54,437 nucleotides of DNA, taken from the IMG/VR virus record IMGVR_UViG_3300012985_000003; one strand, given 5' to 3'. The DNA comes from a virus. Of the stretch, positions 10,516 to 20,687 are shown piece after piece (within the stretch, counting starts at the first letter, position 1; every line of letters begins with the position of its first letter). The notes beneath the pieces were generated by a model, which did no database searches, was not told where the DNA came from, and saw nothing but the letters and a program-made list of their open reading frames with translations. The position numbers were made by a program, and so were the translations under genes.

Positions 10516-12485
10516 CAGAGCCGATCACTAAGGTCGAACAGTGGTACACCAACCGCTCCGAGGGGCGGGACGGTGTGCTCGAGTTCCACGCGATCAGTGA
10601 CTGCGCGCAGGAGCTCAACCTCAAGTACCTGAAGTACAAGACCGAGATGGACGCTCGAGTCGCGAACTACTGGAAGCTCGAGAAGATCGCGGCGGCGGAG
10701 GTCATCAGCGAGAAGCCCGACCTGCCCAACATCAGCTCCGGCGAGACCGCCGGCATGATCCGCCGCATGGCGCGCAACCTCGTGCAGCACACTCCGAACT
10801 TCGAGGTCATCAGCAAGTTCGACGACGACGACGTCTACGGCATCTTCAGCCGCTGGATCCTCCGCAGCAAGATCTGCGGCGACGACCAGTACTCGAACGA
10901 CCTGCAGCAGAGCCTCTTCGCCTCGGCGAAGTCGGCCCTGACTCTCGGGTTCGACTGCGTGATCCCTGTGCTCGCGCAGGACGCGAAGAACGGGTGGTAC
11001 ATCAAGTACGACAACATCCACTACCGCGACGTCTTCCCCGAGCCCGGGGCGCGCGACATCCGGCAGGCGACCGACGTGTTCGTCCGCCGCTACCTCACCA
11101 AGGGCCAGGCCAAGAGCAAGATCGGCCTGGCGGGCTGGGACGATGCCGCCCTGAAGGCGATGCTGAAGACCCCGCCCCCGCCGCGCGAGATGCAGAGCGT
11201 GGATCACGAGTCGAAGAAGCGCGGCCAGATCCCCGACGGCTACGAGATCGTGACGTGGTACTCGAACACGGGCGAGCCGTTCCTCACGTTCGAGACCCGG
11301 TCGAAGATGCTGCTCCGCATCGAGCCCAACAAGCACCCGCTGAAGGAGCACCCGGTCTTCTTCCTCGTGCTGGAGAAGGACCTGTCGCAGCCCCTCGGCA
11401 AGAGCCAGGTCGAGCTCCTGCTTGGCCGCCAGGAGTTCCAGGATCTGCTGCTCAACGGTGCCATGAAGATGTGGTACCGCAACATCAACCCGATGATCAT
11501 CGGCCTCGGCACCGGCCTGAACGGCACCCCCAACCTGGGCCCCGGCAAGTTCATCCAGGTCGGCAACCCGAACGCAAAGTTCGAGACGTTCGAGCAGAAC
11601 AGCCAGACGCTGCTGCAGTACAACCAGATCGCCACAGCCAACCAGGGCAACATGGTGCAGCTCATCGGCGCCGCAGACCAGCAGATGGCGATGCAGGGCA
11701 CCGGCGGGGCGATGAGCCAGACACCGCAGGGCGTCGAGGCGCAGCAGGCGATGGTCGACATCACGACCAACAACTACCAGAAGGCGATCGAGTCCTTCGC
11801 CAGCCGATACGCGGGGTACGCCCTGACGATCTTCTTCCAGGAGCTCAAGAGCGTCAAGAGCATCGTGCCGACGGCGGACGCGCGAGTGCAGCTGCTCAAG
11901 GCGGGGCTCGACCCGGAGCTGTTCGTCGCGACCCCCGCCGAGGGAGAGAAGCCTGCCAAGGAGGAGGGCACGCTCGTGATGGACTTCTCGGACCTCGCGA
12001 CGGAGTACTTCGTCCGCGCCATCCCCGGGTCCCTCGTCGAGATGGAAGACGAGAAGCAGCTGCGGATCCTGAACCAGCTGTTCGTCCCCCTCAGCCAGGC
12101 CATGCCGGCGCTCGCGGCATCCGGCAACCAGCAGGCGCTCGCGCACGCGACGGCCGCGATGCTCTACATCGTCGAGAAGGAGATCGAGCTCACCGGCGCG
12201 ACCCACTCGAAGGAGCTCAAGGAGCTGCTCGTGCAGGGGGAGACCGAGCAGTTCCGCGCGCAGAAGGCGGAGCAGGCGGCGATCGAGGCCAACATCAACC
12301 AGCCCGACGAGGACGTGGAGAACGAGAAGCAGGCGTTCGTGGCCGCGATCGAGTCCCAGTCGAAGCAGCTCTCCGTGCTCACCGAGGCGGTCGCGGAGCT
12401 CCTGGCGCGGCAGTCAGGGGGGCAATCTGTACAATCTGCCCCTGCAACTGCGGGTGTAGCACCTGCAACTGCTGTACCCGCGTAG
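10506..12485 (+). CDS. Portal protein (putative)
   Basis: 659-aa ORF. Its GTG overlaps the giant-gene stop (GTGGCAGTAG). It sits immediately upstream of the capsid gene, and its size and acidic/Q-rich C-terminus are typical of podovirus portals. Confidence 0.6.
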   Translation: MAVAEPITKVEQWYTNRSEGRDGVLEFHAISDCAQELNLKYLKYKTEMDARVANYWKLEKIAAAEVISEKPDLPNISSGETAGMIRRMARNLVQHTPNFEVISKFDDDDVYGIFSRWILRSKICGDDQYSNDLQQSLFASAKSALTLGFDCVIPVLAQDAKNGWYIKYDNIHYRDVFPEPGARDIRQATDVFVRRYLTKGQAKSKIGLAGWDDAALKAMLKTPPPPREMQSVDHESKKRGQIPDGYEIVTWYSNTGEPFLTFETRSKMLLRIEPNKHPLKEHPVFFLVLEKDLSQPLGKSQVELLLGRQEFQDLLLNGAMKMWYRNINPMIIGLGTGLNGTPNLGPGKFIQVGNPNAKFETFEQNSQTLLQYNQIATANQGNMVQLIGAADQQMAMQGTGGAMSQTPQGVEAQQAMVDITTNNYQKAIESFASRYAGYALTIFFQELKSVKSIVPTADARVQLLKAGLDPELFVATPAEGEKPAKEEGTLVMDFSDLATEYFVRAIPGSLVEMEDEKQLRILNQLFVPLSQAMPALAASGNQQALAHATAAMLYIVEKEIELTGATHSKELKELLVQGETEQFRAQKAEQAAIEANINQPDEDVENEKQAFVAAIESQSKQLSVLTEAVAELLARQSGGQSVQSAPATAGVAPATAVPA

Positions 12486-12549
12486 TAGCGGGCAGAATGG
12501 AAGCAGCCGGGAGGTCCGGCGAAAGAGTCCCTGAAAGGAGGGATGCAGG

Positions 12550-14133
12550 ATGGTTGCACCGGTCCAGAGGGATGGCCTCTCCGACTACCAGGTTGCCCTG
12601 GCAACGTATCTCCGAATCTCGTCCCCCATCGCCGGTATGTTCACCGGCAACGAGATCAAGCCCAACCCGAACGCTCGTTCGGTCAAGGTGCCCGACATTC
12701 GTGTCGACGACTTCATCGTCGATGCCGAGCTCGGCCGCATCGGCACCGACCACTACTCCGGTTCCGAGTTCACCTCGGAGTGGAAGAACGGCATCCCCCC
12801 GATCTTCTGGCGCGAGTACTCCATGTCGCGCCACCGCTCGTTCGGCTTCACGGTCTTCGACGAGCAGCTCCGCACGAACCCGATCAAGAACATCGTGCAG
12901 GAGTACACCGGTCGCAAGATGCAGACCACCGTGCTCCGCGACCACGACAAGTACTGCCTCCTGGCAGCGATCTCGGGTCACATGACGGGCAAGCTCGTTC
13001 CCCGCGTCGCCGGCGTCGACACGCCCGGCCCGCAGACCCCCGACGTTCACCGCATCGCCAACACCGGCAACGCGGCGGACTACAAGTGGATCGCGGAGCC
13101 CGGCGAGACGTACGACAACGAGATCCAGCCGTCGTTCGCGAACGTCAAGGGCATGTACCTCGACGACGCGAACCCGCTGGGCACGCTGGACGCCCTGACG
13201 CTGACGTTCTCGGACAACTGGTTCGACAGCAACTTCGGCAACAGCGAGCGCTTCCTGCTCATCCCGTCGGCCCTCGAGCTCGTCTTCATCAACGCGCTCA
13301 TCGACAAGGGTGCCGGCACGGAGAGCGCGTTCAAGCTGCTCCGCGACGGCGACATCTCCGGCGCGAACGCGGCGGGCTACCTCGGCACCCTCAAGGGCTC
13401 GTGGAAGCTCGTCAAGATGCACCCCGAGTTCTTCCCGAAGGTGTTCACGGACACCAACCTCGTGGTCGACCCGGTCGCATCCACCGCCACCGGCGGGCGC
13501 ACGCTCCGCCAGGTCGTCGCTCTCGCGGCGTACAAGGGCGCCATCCAGACCTACGAGTACTTCTCGGAGCGTCGTCAGCAGGATGGTGGCACGCGGTTCA
13601 AGGGCACGGAGTACGTGCAGGACTTCTCCTACGACGTCTGGGCCATCGACCAGCTGTCGGAGGGCATCGTCCCGCTCTTCCTCCCGACCACGATCGACAA
13701 GCTGACCGTCGTGAACACCTCGTTCACGAACGTCGCAGCCAAGGTCGCCGCGGCCCGCGCCCAGACGAACATCGTCCAGGGTTCGACGTACCCGCTCTCC
13801 GGTCCCGACACGGTGCTCTCCAAGCCCGAGTGGTACAACCAGGAGCGTCAGTACTCCGACACGAAGAACCTCAACGCGGGTCTCTCCATCCAGGAGACCG
13901 GCGACCAGGCGCACCGCAACCCGCTGCTCGTGTCCGACGACCCGACGCCGCTGGTCATCAACCGCGCCAACTCCACCGCCTACACGGTCGGCCAGGTCCT
14001 CACGTTCACGAACGGGCAGACCTACGTCGTGTCGACCGCCGGTACGTCGGCTGCCGCGCAGCCGTCGACCACGGGCATCTCGATCGGCGACAACCTGACG
14101 GACGGCACCGCTGTCCTGAAGCGCAAGAACTGA
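12550..14133 (+). CDS. Major capsid protein (putative)
   Basis: 527-aa ORF. ATG is preceded by AAAGGAGGG. It follows the portal gene and is followed, after one small ORF, by a very strong hairpin terminator. Confidence 0.6.
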   Translation: MVAPVQRDGLSDYQVALATYLRISSPIAGMFTGNEIKPNPNARSVKVPDIRVDDFIVDAELGRIGTDHYSGSEFTSEWKNGIPPIFWREYSMSRHRSFGFTVFDEQLRTNPIKNIVQEYTGRKMQTTVLRDHDKYCLLAAISGHMTGKLVPRVAGVDTPGPQTPDVHRIANTGNAADYKWIAEPGETYDNEIQPSFANVKGMYLDDANPLGTLDALTLTFSDNWFDSNFGNSERFLLIPSALELVFINALIDKGAGTESAFKLLRDGDISGANAAGYLGTLKGSWKLVKMHPEFFPKVFTDTNLVVDPVASTATGGRTLRQVVALAAYKGAIQTYEYFSERRQQDGGTRFKGTEYVQDFSYDVWAIDQLSEGIVPLFLPTTIDKLTVVNTSFTNVAAKVAAARAQTNIVQGSTYPLSGPDTVLSKPEWYNQERQYSDTKNLNAGLSIQETGDQAHRNPLLVSDDPTPLVINRANSTAYTVGQVLTFTNGQTYVVSTAGTSAAAQPSTTGISIGDNLTDGTAVLKRKN

Positions 14134-14145
14134 TCGGGGGCGGAC

Positions 14146-14292
14146 ATGGACGAACTGATCCAGATCTTCGATCAGATCATCGAGCTGGCCGGCGTGGCGA
14201 AGGACGCTGTCACGCAGGCCGCCGGGGGCGCCGCTCCCGACCAGGGTCCGCCTGCGGAGGGTGGGCAGCCGCCCCAGGGTCCGCCCGCCTGA
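14146..14292 (+). CDS. Small hypothetical protein (48 aa, MDELIQIFDQIIELAGVAKD...)
   Basis: ATG-to-TGA ORF below the track cutoff, with high GC3, lying between the capsid gene and its terminator. Confidence 0.5.
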   Translation: MDELIQIFDQIIELAGVAKDAVTQAAGGAAPDQGPPAEGGQPPQGPPA

Positions 14293-14306
14293 CCCGACGG
14301 AACAAT

Positions 14307-14343
14307 GGCGGCCGCAGTGGATCTCCCGGCCACTGCGGCCGCC
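14307..14343 (+). terminator. Hairpin terminator after the capsid module
   Basis: Perfect 14-bp stem ggcggccgcagtgg / ccactgcggccgcc with a 9-nt loop. The U-tract is weak. Confidence 0.7.
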
Positions 14344-14367
14344 GCTCCAAGTTAGAGAGGAGTGGCG

Positions 14368-15516
14368 GTGCCCCAGCTCGAGAACATCCCCCGACAGAAG
14401 ACGGTGCTCAAGCTCGCGCGAGCGAAGAGCTTCGCCTTCGGCGTCTTCGTCACCGACCGCAACGGTGTCACGATCGACCTGACTGGCGCGACGGTGGAGA
14501 TCGTCAGCAAGCTCCCCCCGTTCGACACGACCTCGAACATTCTCTTGAACAGCGTCGCCGAGCTCGAGCCCGAGATCGGGTTCGCTCGCTTCGCGCTGCA
14601 GGCGTCCGACCTCGACGAGGAAGAGGGTGAGTACCCCTTCGTCATCTCCCTGACCGGGAGCGACGCCTACCAGGGCCTCCTCGTCTCCGGCGTGATCCAG
14701 ATCGTGGACAACCCGGACTACGACCTCACCGGCGATTACGACAACGACGGCATCGCCACGGCGCTCACCGTCCAGCTCGGCGGCTCCACCGTCATCAACG
14801 TGGAGGCGGGGCCCGCCCTCGCCCCCGGCATGGCAAACTTCTCGCTCTCCGACAAGGAGAAGCTCGACCACTACAGCCAGCCCGACTGGAACATCGCCGA
14901 CCCGGCGGCCCCGGGCGCGATCCTCAACCGGCCGCTGAATCGCCTCGTGCCGCAGCCCGCCGCACCCAACCACGTCCTCACGAGCAACGGCGTCAGCGAG
15001 GGCTCGTTCAGCTGGGCGTCGCCGACGGAGACGTGGGGCGGCTACTCCGACGTGGAGGACCCCTCTGACCCCGGCTTCTTCATCGCCCCCACCGGGCAGT
15101 TCGGCCTGCTCTCCGGGGTCGGCGCGGCGGCGGGTGCAGTGCCCCGCGCGAACGGCGCCGGCGGCTGGGGCTGGGAGGTCGTGGTCGCACCCACCGACCT
15201 CGACGACATCCCCGACTCGCCGACCCGCCTCGCCATGACCCCGGCGGAGCGCACGCTGCTGACCTCGCTCGCCGGCGAGGACTTCACCGTGGCGTGGACG
15301 GAGGTCACCGGCAAGCCCGCGTTCGGCTCCGCGTCTCTCGCGAACACCACCGACTTCCTGCCCGCAGCTGGCATCGACGCAGCCAAGGTCATCAGCGGGA
15401 CCCTCGACAAGAACCGCGTTCCCAAGGTCAGCGACCTGAACGGCTGGAAGCACGGCACCACGGTACCGACGACAGCCGACATCGCCCCCGGCGAGGTCTG
15501 GCTGAAGCATGCCTAG
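14368..15516 (+). CDS. Tail fibre / minor tail protein
   Basis: The ORF track frame starts at 14362. GTG 14368 has better spacing to GAGAGGAG. The protein is G/A/P-rich and sits at the head of the fibre gene block. Confidence 0.65.
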   Translation: MPQLENIPRQKTVLKLARAKSFAFGVFVTDRNGVTIDLTGATVEIVSKLPPFDTTSNILLNSVAELEPEIGFARFALQASDLDEEEGEYPFVISLTGSDAYQGLLVSGVIQIVDNPDYDLTGDYDNDGIATALTVQLGGSTVINVEAGPALAPGMANFSLSDKEKLDHYSQPDWNIADPAAPGAILNRPLNRLVPQPAAPNHVLTSNGVSEGSFSWASPTETWGGYSDVEDPSDPGFFIAPTGQFGLLSGVGAAAGAVPRANGAGGWGWEVVVAPTDLDDIPDSPTRLAMTPAERTLLTSLAGEDFTVAWTEVTGKPAFGSASLANTTDFLPAAGIDAAKVISGTLDKNRVPKVSDLNGWKHGTTVPTTADIAPGEVWLKHA

Positions 15517-16906
15517 CGGTACTTTCGGAGTCTCCAACAACTCTGCCGGCCTCAACACCGAGGTCCGGTGGAGCACGGGCGACGACGCGGCAAACAACCG
15601 CTCGCTCGTGACGGCAGAGCTCTGGGCTCGTCGCAACAGTGCCACCACGTACGGCAGCGGCTCGTGGGGCATGAACATCAGCGGGAACCCGTTCACAGAG
15701 AACAGCACGAAGAGCGTCGGCACCAGCTGGGTGCTGATCATGAGCCGCCAGATCTGGCACACCCACGCCGCCAACGGAACGATGAGCGGCACCATCAGTG
15801 TCAGCGGAGGCATCCCCGGCACGAGCTGGACGTCGACGAGCGGTTCCGGGGGCTACTACGGGACCGACTACTACCGGCCGCCGTCGATGTACGGGCCGCC
15901 CACCGCGTCGAGCATCACCGCCAACAGCTTCACCGTGAGCTGGCCGACTGCAGGCTCGTGGGTGGGAGTCTCCAACTACGAGCTGCACGTCTGTCGAACC
16001 CCCGCGCACGACCCGTCGGGGTCGCCGTGGTATAGCTGGGTCGGCAGCGCCGCGACGAGCGTGAACGTCACCGGCGCGCAGAGGAACACGCAGTACTACG
16101 CCTCGGTGCGAGTGCAGGACTCGGAGGGCACGAGCGACTGGACTTCGTGGACGCCGATCATGACGGCCGCGACGAGCGTTCCCAGCGCGCCGACCGGCTA
16201 CTCGGCCACCGACATCACGAGCTCGAGCTTCTACACGACGCTCCCCTCTGTCGCGGACAACGGCGGCGGCGCACTCACCAACGTCAAGATCGAGGTCAAC
16301 ACGACCGCCAGCCCCACCGGCGCGACGATGATCCAGAACAACCGGTACGCCCCCGTCTTCGTAAACAACCTCCCCGCCGGCACCTGGTACTACCGCATGG
16401 CGGTCAAGAACGACGTGGTCGGCGGAGGCTGGAGTGACTGGGGCGCGTGGGTCACTGTCCCGCTGCTCACCAACGTGCCGGGACAGGTCGCGACGTTCGG
16501 CAGCACGGCGACGACCGACACGACCTCGCAAGTATACTGGACGGCCCCGACCGTACTGAATGGCGCGACGATCTCGAGCTACCAGCTGCGAGTCGCGCGA
16601 GACCTGTCCTTCTCGACCGGGCTGCAGACCTTCTCCCTGCCCTCCACGGCGACCTTCAAGGATCTGACGGGCCTCCTCCCGAGTACGACACACTACGCGC
16701 AGATCTGGCCCGGCAGCAACAACGGCCCCGGCGGGTACAGCAACATCATCCTGATCATTACGGCGGGCGCTCCGACGGACGGCCTCTACGTGAACTACGA
16801 CGGCACCGTGAAGTTCAACGAGGTCTACATGAACGACGGCGGCACGATCAAGCGCTGCACGCCCTACACGAACGACGGCGGCACGATCAAGATGGGCGTG
16901 GCATGA
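15509..16906 (+). CDS. Tail protein with three fibronectin type III-like repeats
   Basis: 465 aa. It repeats PxAPTGxxATxITxxSFxVxW...Y..RV-type modules (PPTASSITANSFTVSWP, PSAPTGYSATDITSSSFYT, PGQVATFGSTATTDTTSQVYWTAP). Confidence 0.75.
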   Translation: MPSGTFGVSNNSAGLNTEVRWSTGDDAANNRSLVTAELWARRNSATTYGSGSWGMNISGNPFTENSTKSVGTSWVLIMSRQIWHTHAANGTMSGTISVSGGIPGTSWTSTSGSGGYYGTDYYRPPSMYGPPTASSITANSFTVSWPTAGSWVGVSNYELHVCRTPAHDPSGSPWYSWVGSAATSVNVTGAQRNTQYYASVRVQDSEGTSDWTSWTPIMTAATSVPSAPTGYSATDITSSSFYTTLPSVADNGGGALTNVKIEVNTTASPTGATMIQNNRYAPVFVNNLPAGTWYYRMAVKNDVVGGGWSDWGAWVTVPLLTNVPGQVATFGSTATTDTTSQVYWTAPTVLNGATISSYQLRVARDLSFSTGLQTFSLPSTATFKDLTGLLPSTTHYAQIWPGSNNGPGGYSNIILIITAGAPTDGLYVNYDGTVKFNEVYMNDGGTIKRCTPYTNDGGTIKMGVA

Positions 16907-16934
16907 CCGGGTATAATCGACTGGAGGAGGCGTG

Positions 16935-18860
16935 ATGGCCGGACCATTCAAGCGACTGGGCGTAGATGACGACGAGCTCTTCCCGCCTCGGGTCGAGGTG
17001 CGACTCGCCGCCGACTTCGTCAAGCGCGTCAACTACACCGCGAAGGGCGTGCTCCTCGCGGGCACCGGCGCGGCGGCGTACTCCACGCTCTCCAGCGGCA
17101 CGGACGGCCAGGTCCTCACTGCCGACGCCGCGTCACCCACGGGGCTGAAGTGGGCAGCGGCGTCGGGAGCTGTCGCCGACGCCACCATCAGCAGCAAGGG
17201 TATCGTGCAGCTCTCCGGGGATCTCGGAGGGACGGCCGCCTCTCCGACCGTCCCCGGGCTGACGCTCAAGGCTTCGCTCGCGAGCCCCGCGTTCACCGGC
17301 ACACCCACCGCCCCGACTGCAGCGACGGCGACCAACACGACTCAGATCGCGACGACCGCCTTCGTGAAGGCGCAGGGGTACGCGCCGCTCGCGAGCCCCG
17401 CGCTCACCGGCACGCCGACGGCCCCGACTGCCTCGCTCGCCGACAACTCCACCACGCTCGCGACGACGGCGTGGGTCAAGGGCCAGGGCTACGGCTCTGG
17501 CGGCGGTGGAGCGCCGCTCGACTCGCCCGCGTTCACCGGCGTCCCGACCGCGCCCACGGCGGCGGTCAACACCAACACGACCCAGCTCGCGACGACCGCG
17601 TTCGTGATGGGCCAGGGCTACGCCCCTCTCGCGAGCCCGACGTTCACCGGCACCGTCATCGCCCCGACCATGACGGTGACGGACAACAGCACCAACGTCG
17701 CGACGACCGCGTTCGTGAAGGGCCAGGGCTACGCGCCCCTCGCCAGCCCCTCGCTCACCGGCACCCCCGTCGCACCGACCGCATCCTCGTCGACCAACAC
17801 GACCCAGCTCGCGACGACCGCGATGGTGCAGACGACGCGCGGCCTCCTGATGGGCATCAACGCGCAGACCGGCACCGCGTACACCCTGGTCCTCTCGGAT
17901 CGCGGCAAGCTCGTCACGATGAGTAACGCGGCGGCCTCGACACTGACGGTCCCGCCGAACTCCTCCGTCGCGTTCAGCACCGGGACGGAGGTCGAAGTTG
18001 CCAACATCGGAACGGGCCCCGTCACTCTGACTCCCGGCGCCGGCGTCACGCTGCTCGGGAACATCCAGATCCTGCCGCTGAACGCGTCCGCCCGCCTCGT
18101 GAAGACGGCGACGGATACCTGGGTGACGAAGACCTCCGAGACGATGGGCCTCTCGACGTACGGCGCCAAGGGGCAGCTCGTGACGGGCGCCGGGGCGAAC
18201 TCGATCGCACTCACGACTGTCGGATCCAACACGAACGTTCTCGTCGCCGACTCGTCGCAGTCCGGCGGAGTCAAGTGGGAGGCGACCACCTCGAGCGCCA
18301 CTGCCGCCTCTCTCCCCCGGCGAGACGGCAACGCGAATCTCTCGGTGGGCAATGCCACTCTCGCTGCACACGCGGTCAACCTCACCACCGCCGACTCCCG
18401 CTACGTCCGCTTTGCGGACTACTCGGCGAAGGGTTCGATCCTCGTCGGGACGGCTGCATCCACGGAGACAGCCGTTGCAGTCGGGACCGACGGGCAAGTG
18501 CTCACCGCAGACTCCACCCAGGCGACAGGCGTCAAGTGGGGGCCCGCCAACCGTTACATCGGTGTGAACGCGCAGACGGGGACGACGTACACTCCCGTCC
18601 TCACGGACGAGGGAAAATTCGTGACTCTGACGAACGCCTCCCCGATCACCGTGACCATGCCCCAAGACTCCGATGTCGCAATCCCCATCGGCGGCTCGAT
18701 CGACTTTCAGGTCCGGGGCGCAGGCATGGCGACCTTCGTAAACGGAACCGGTGCGACGGTGGACGGTACTCCCAGCCTGGTCACGCGGGCGAACAAGTCT
18801 GTCGTGACTGCCATCAAAGTGGCTGCAAACACCTGGACCCTGGCAGGCGACCTTGCGTAG
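16935..18860 (+). CDS. Tail fibre with phage-fibre repeats
   Basis: ATG 16935 follows GGAGGAGG. It has five tandem SPxFTGxPTAPT..NTTQ(I/L)ATTAFV repeats plus a duplicated C-terminal module. Confidence 0.8.
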   Translation: MAGPFKRLGVDDDELFPPRVEVRLAADFVKRVNYTAKGVLLAGTGAAAYSTLSSGTDGQVLTADAASPTGLKWAAASGAVADATISSKGIVQLSGDLGGTAASPTVPGLTLKASLASPAFTGTPTAPTAATATNTTQIATTAFVKAQGYAPLASPALTGTPTAPTASLADNSTTLATTAWVKGQGYGSGGGGAPLDSPAFTGVPTAPTAAVNTNTTQLATTAFVMGQGYAPLASPTFTGTVIAPTMTVTDNSTNVATTAFVKGQGYAPLASPSLTGTPVAPTASSSTNTTQLATTAMVQTTRGLLMGINAQTGTAYTLVLSDRGKLVTMSNAAASTLTVPPNSSVAFSTGTEVEVANIGTGPVTLTPGAGVTLLGNIQILPLNASARLVKTATDTWVTKTSETMGLSTYGAKGQLVTGAGANSIALTTVGSNTNVLVADSSQSGGVKWEATTSSATAASLPRRDGNANLSVGNATLAAHAVNLTTADSRYVRFADYSAKGSILVGTAASTETAVAVGTDGQVLTADSTQATGVKWGPANRYIGVNAQTGTTYTPVLTDEGKFVTLTNASPITVTMPQDSDVAIPIGGSIDFQVRGAGMATFVNGTGATVDGTPSLVTRANKSVVTAIKVAANTWTLAGDLA

Positions 18861-18867
18861 CGGCATC

Positions 18868-19518
18868 ATGGCTTCGGGGAAGCAGAACAGCAGTGGGGGC
18901 GGGGCGCTGAGCATCGTCTACTCCACCGTGCTGGAGGACGTCAACAATCTCGGCAGCTACAGCTTCACGGTAACCACGACGGCGGGGGAGCGGCGGGCAG
19001 TCGTGTTCCAGTCAGAGGGCCTCAGCGCGGGACTGTCGTACAACATCACGGGTGCGACGTGGGACGGCGACCCTGTCACCCCACTCGTGACAGCCGGTGG
19101 GGGGAACTCGAGCCTCGTCGCCATCTACATGCTCGATGCGAAGCCGACGGGCAGCTACACGTTCACCGTCAATCTGACCGCCGACCAAGCTCGCGCGTGT
19201 CTCGGCATCTACAATGTTCTCAACTACACCGGGGCGGCAGACCCACAGTCGGCGCTCGCTACGAGTGGAACCTCCAGCAGCGTCACGACGAATGTCGGTG
19301 CGAACCAGGCAGTCCTCGCCGCCTCCACGACCGGCAACAGCGTGTCGTACACTTGGAGCAACGCCACGAAGAATTACGAGCTCGCCTCGGAGGGTGGTCT
19401 GACGGGATTCACCGCCGCGCTGCGTGACCCCGGCACCGCGAACTCTGCACTGGTCGTCTCCGTCTCGCACGGAAACTCCTCGCAGCCCATCTCCCTCGCC
19501 AGCATTGTAATCATCTAG
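18868..19518 (+). CDS. Hypothetical tail-associated protein
   Basis: 216-aa S/T/G-rich ORF (the track frame begins at TTG 18853) that follows the fibre gene. Confidence 0.7.
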   Translation: MASGKQNSSGGGALSIVYSTVLEDVNNLGSYSFTVTTTAGERRAVVFQSEGLSAGLSYNITGATWDGDPVTPLVTAGGGNSSLVAIYMLDAKPTGSYTFTVNLTADQARACLGIYNVLNYTGAADPQSALATSGTSSSVTTNVGANQAVLAASTTGNSVSYTWSNATKNYELASEGGLTGFTAALRDPGTANSALVVSVSHGNSSQPISLASIVII

Positions 19519-19526
19519 GAGCCGAC

Positions 19527-19976
19527 ATGTGGGCACACGTTACGAACTCAGTGGTCGACGGCTTCGGCCCGCCGCCATCGCTGGTGTTTGCGGACGACCG
19601 GTGGTGGGACCTTCGCCCGATGGACCCCGCGATCCTGAACGCTCGAGGCTGGTATCTCGTCACTGAGCAGCCTCGCCCGGCGGACACGGCGACCCAGACA
19701 GCTGACGCTGTGTACACCTTCGACGAGCCGACGAAGACGGTCATCACGACGTGGATACTGCGGAACAAGACGCCGGAGGAGTCCGCAGCTGCTGCGAGTC
19801 GGTCCAACCAGAGCAACATCGAGACGTCTCTCCGGCAGGACCTCCTCGACATCCAGGCGGTGATCGACGCGACCAACGCATCCATCAACAGCAGCCCCGC
19901 ATCCTCGATCAAGACCCTCGCACGAGTCGTGCGACGGCTCAACAAGTACGCGCTCCGAGACTTCGGCAGCGTCTAA
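19527..19976 (+). CDS. Hypothetical protein
   Basis: 149-aa ORF with a natural-looking sequence and high GC3. Confidence 0.75.
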   Translation: MWAHVTNSVVDGFGPPPSLVFADDRWWDLRPMDPAILNARGWYLVTEQPRPADTATQTADAVYTFDEPTKTVITTWILRNKTPEESAAAASRSNQSNIETSLRQDLLDIQAVIDATNASINSSPASSIKTLARVVRRLNKYALRDFGSV

Positions 19977-19990
19977 CAAGGGAGAACACC

Positions 19991-20686
19991 ATGAAGGATC
20001 TCAAGTACCACCCCGGCATGTGGATGCGTGACGACGCAGCCGACGCCATGAACGCGCTGGAGGACAAGTACGGTCCCATCCGCATCAACCGCGCGGGCGT
20101 CCTGAAGGCCGACCAGCAGCGGCTCATCGACCGCTGGAACATGGGCGGCACGTACAACCGCCCGCCGTACCTGTACCCTCCCGCGAATCCGGCGGAGAGC
20201 AGCGAGCACGTCCAGGGAACCGCTGCCGACGTGTACAACTACACGAGTGACCGAGCCAAGCTGCAGGAGTTCGGCTTCGTGTGGTACGGGCCGAAGGACC
20301 CCGTCCACTACATGTTCCGAGGCGTCGCCAAGCCCGCCGACAACCCGCAGCCTGCGGCCGTCAGCACCATCGCGAAGAGCCTGCGCTGGTACGGCATCCA
20401 GGCGATGCTGAAGGTGAACTACGGCTACACCGGCGCGATCGACAACATCCCCGGCACGGGCACCATCACGGCGTTCCAGCGCTTCCTCAACCGCAACGGC
20501 TACGGCGCGGGGGCCGAAGACGGCATCGCCGGCAACCAGACCTGGGACGCCGCGCAGCGGTGGCTCCGGGCGAAGTGGAACTACCAGGGCGCGATCGACC
20601 ACGACTTCGGCCCCGGGTCGCGCCAGTCGTGGGCCACTGCCGAGAACAAGAACTGGCTCGCGTTCCACAAGCAAGCCGGGGTCTGA
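19991..20686 (+). CDS. Endolysin: LAS/M15-type zinc peptidase plus peptidoglycan-binding domain
   Basis: RBS AAGGGAGAA. Motifs are H7-x6-D14, SEHVQGTAADV (SxHxxGxAxD) and DPVHY. The C-terminus FQRFLNRNGY...DGIAGNQTWDAAQRWL resembles PG_binding_1. Confidence 0.8.
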   Translation: MKDLKYHPGMWMRDDAADAMNALEDKYGPIRINRAGVLKADQQRLIDRWNMGGTYNRPPYLYPPANPAESSEHVQGTAADVYNYTSDRAKLQEFGFVWYGPKDPVHYMFRGVAKPADNPQPAAVSTIAKSLRWYGIQAMLKVNYGYTGAIDNIPGTGTITAFQRFLNRNGYGAGAEDGIAGNQTWDAAQRWLRAKWNYQGAIDHDFGPGSRQSWATAENKNWLAFHKQAGV

Positions 20687-20687
20687 C

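Noticed and set aside
16912-16917. TATAAT between the FN3 protein and fibre genes, and GGGTATAAT at about 38648-38656.
   Set aside because: The first lacks the GCGAAR upstream box and sits only 17 nt before the ATG, on top of the RBS. The second is the reverse complement of the first codons (TTG AAT CAT TAT ACC) of the RuvC gene. Both look coincidental.
15509-18860. Diversity-generating retroelement acting on the fibre genes.
   Set aside because: There is no reverse transcriptase gene and no template-repeat/variable-repeat pair. The repeats are in-frame protein modules.
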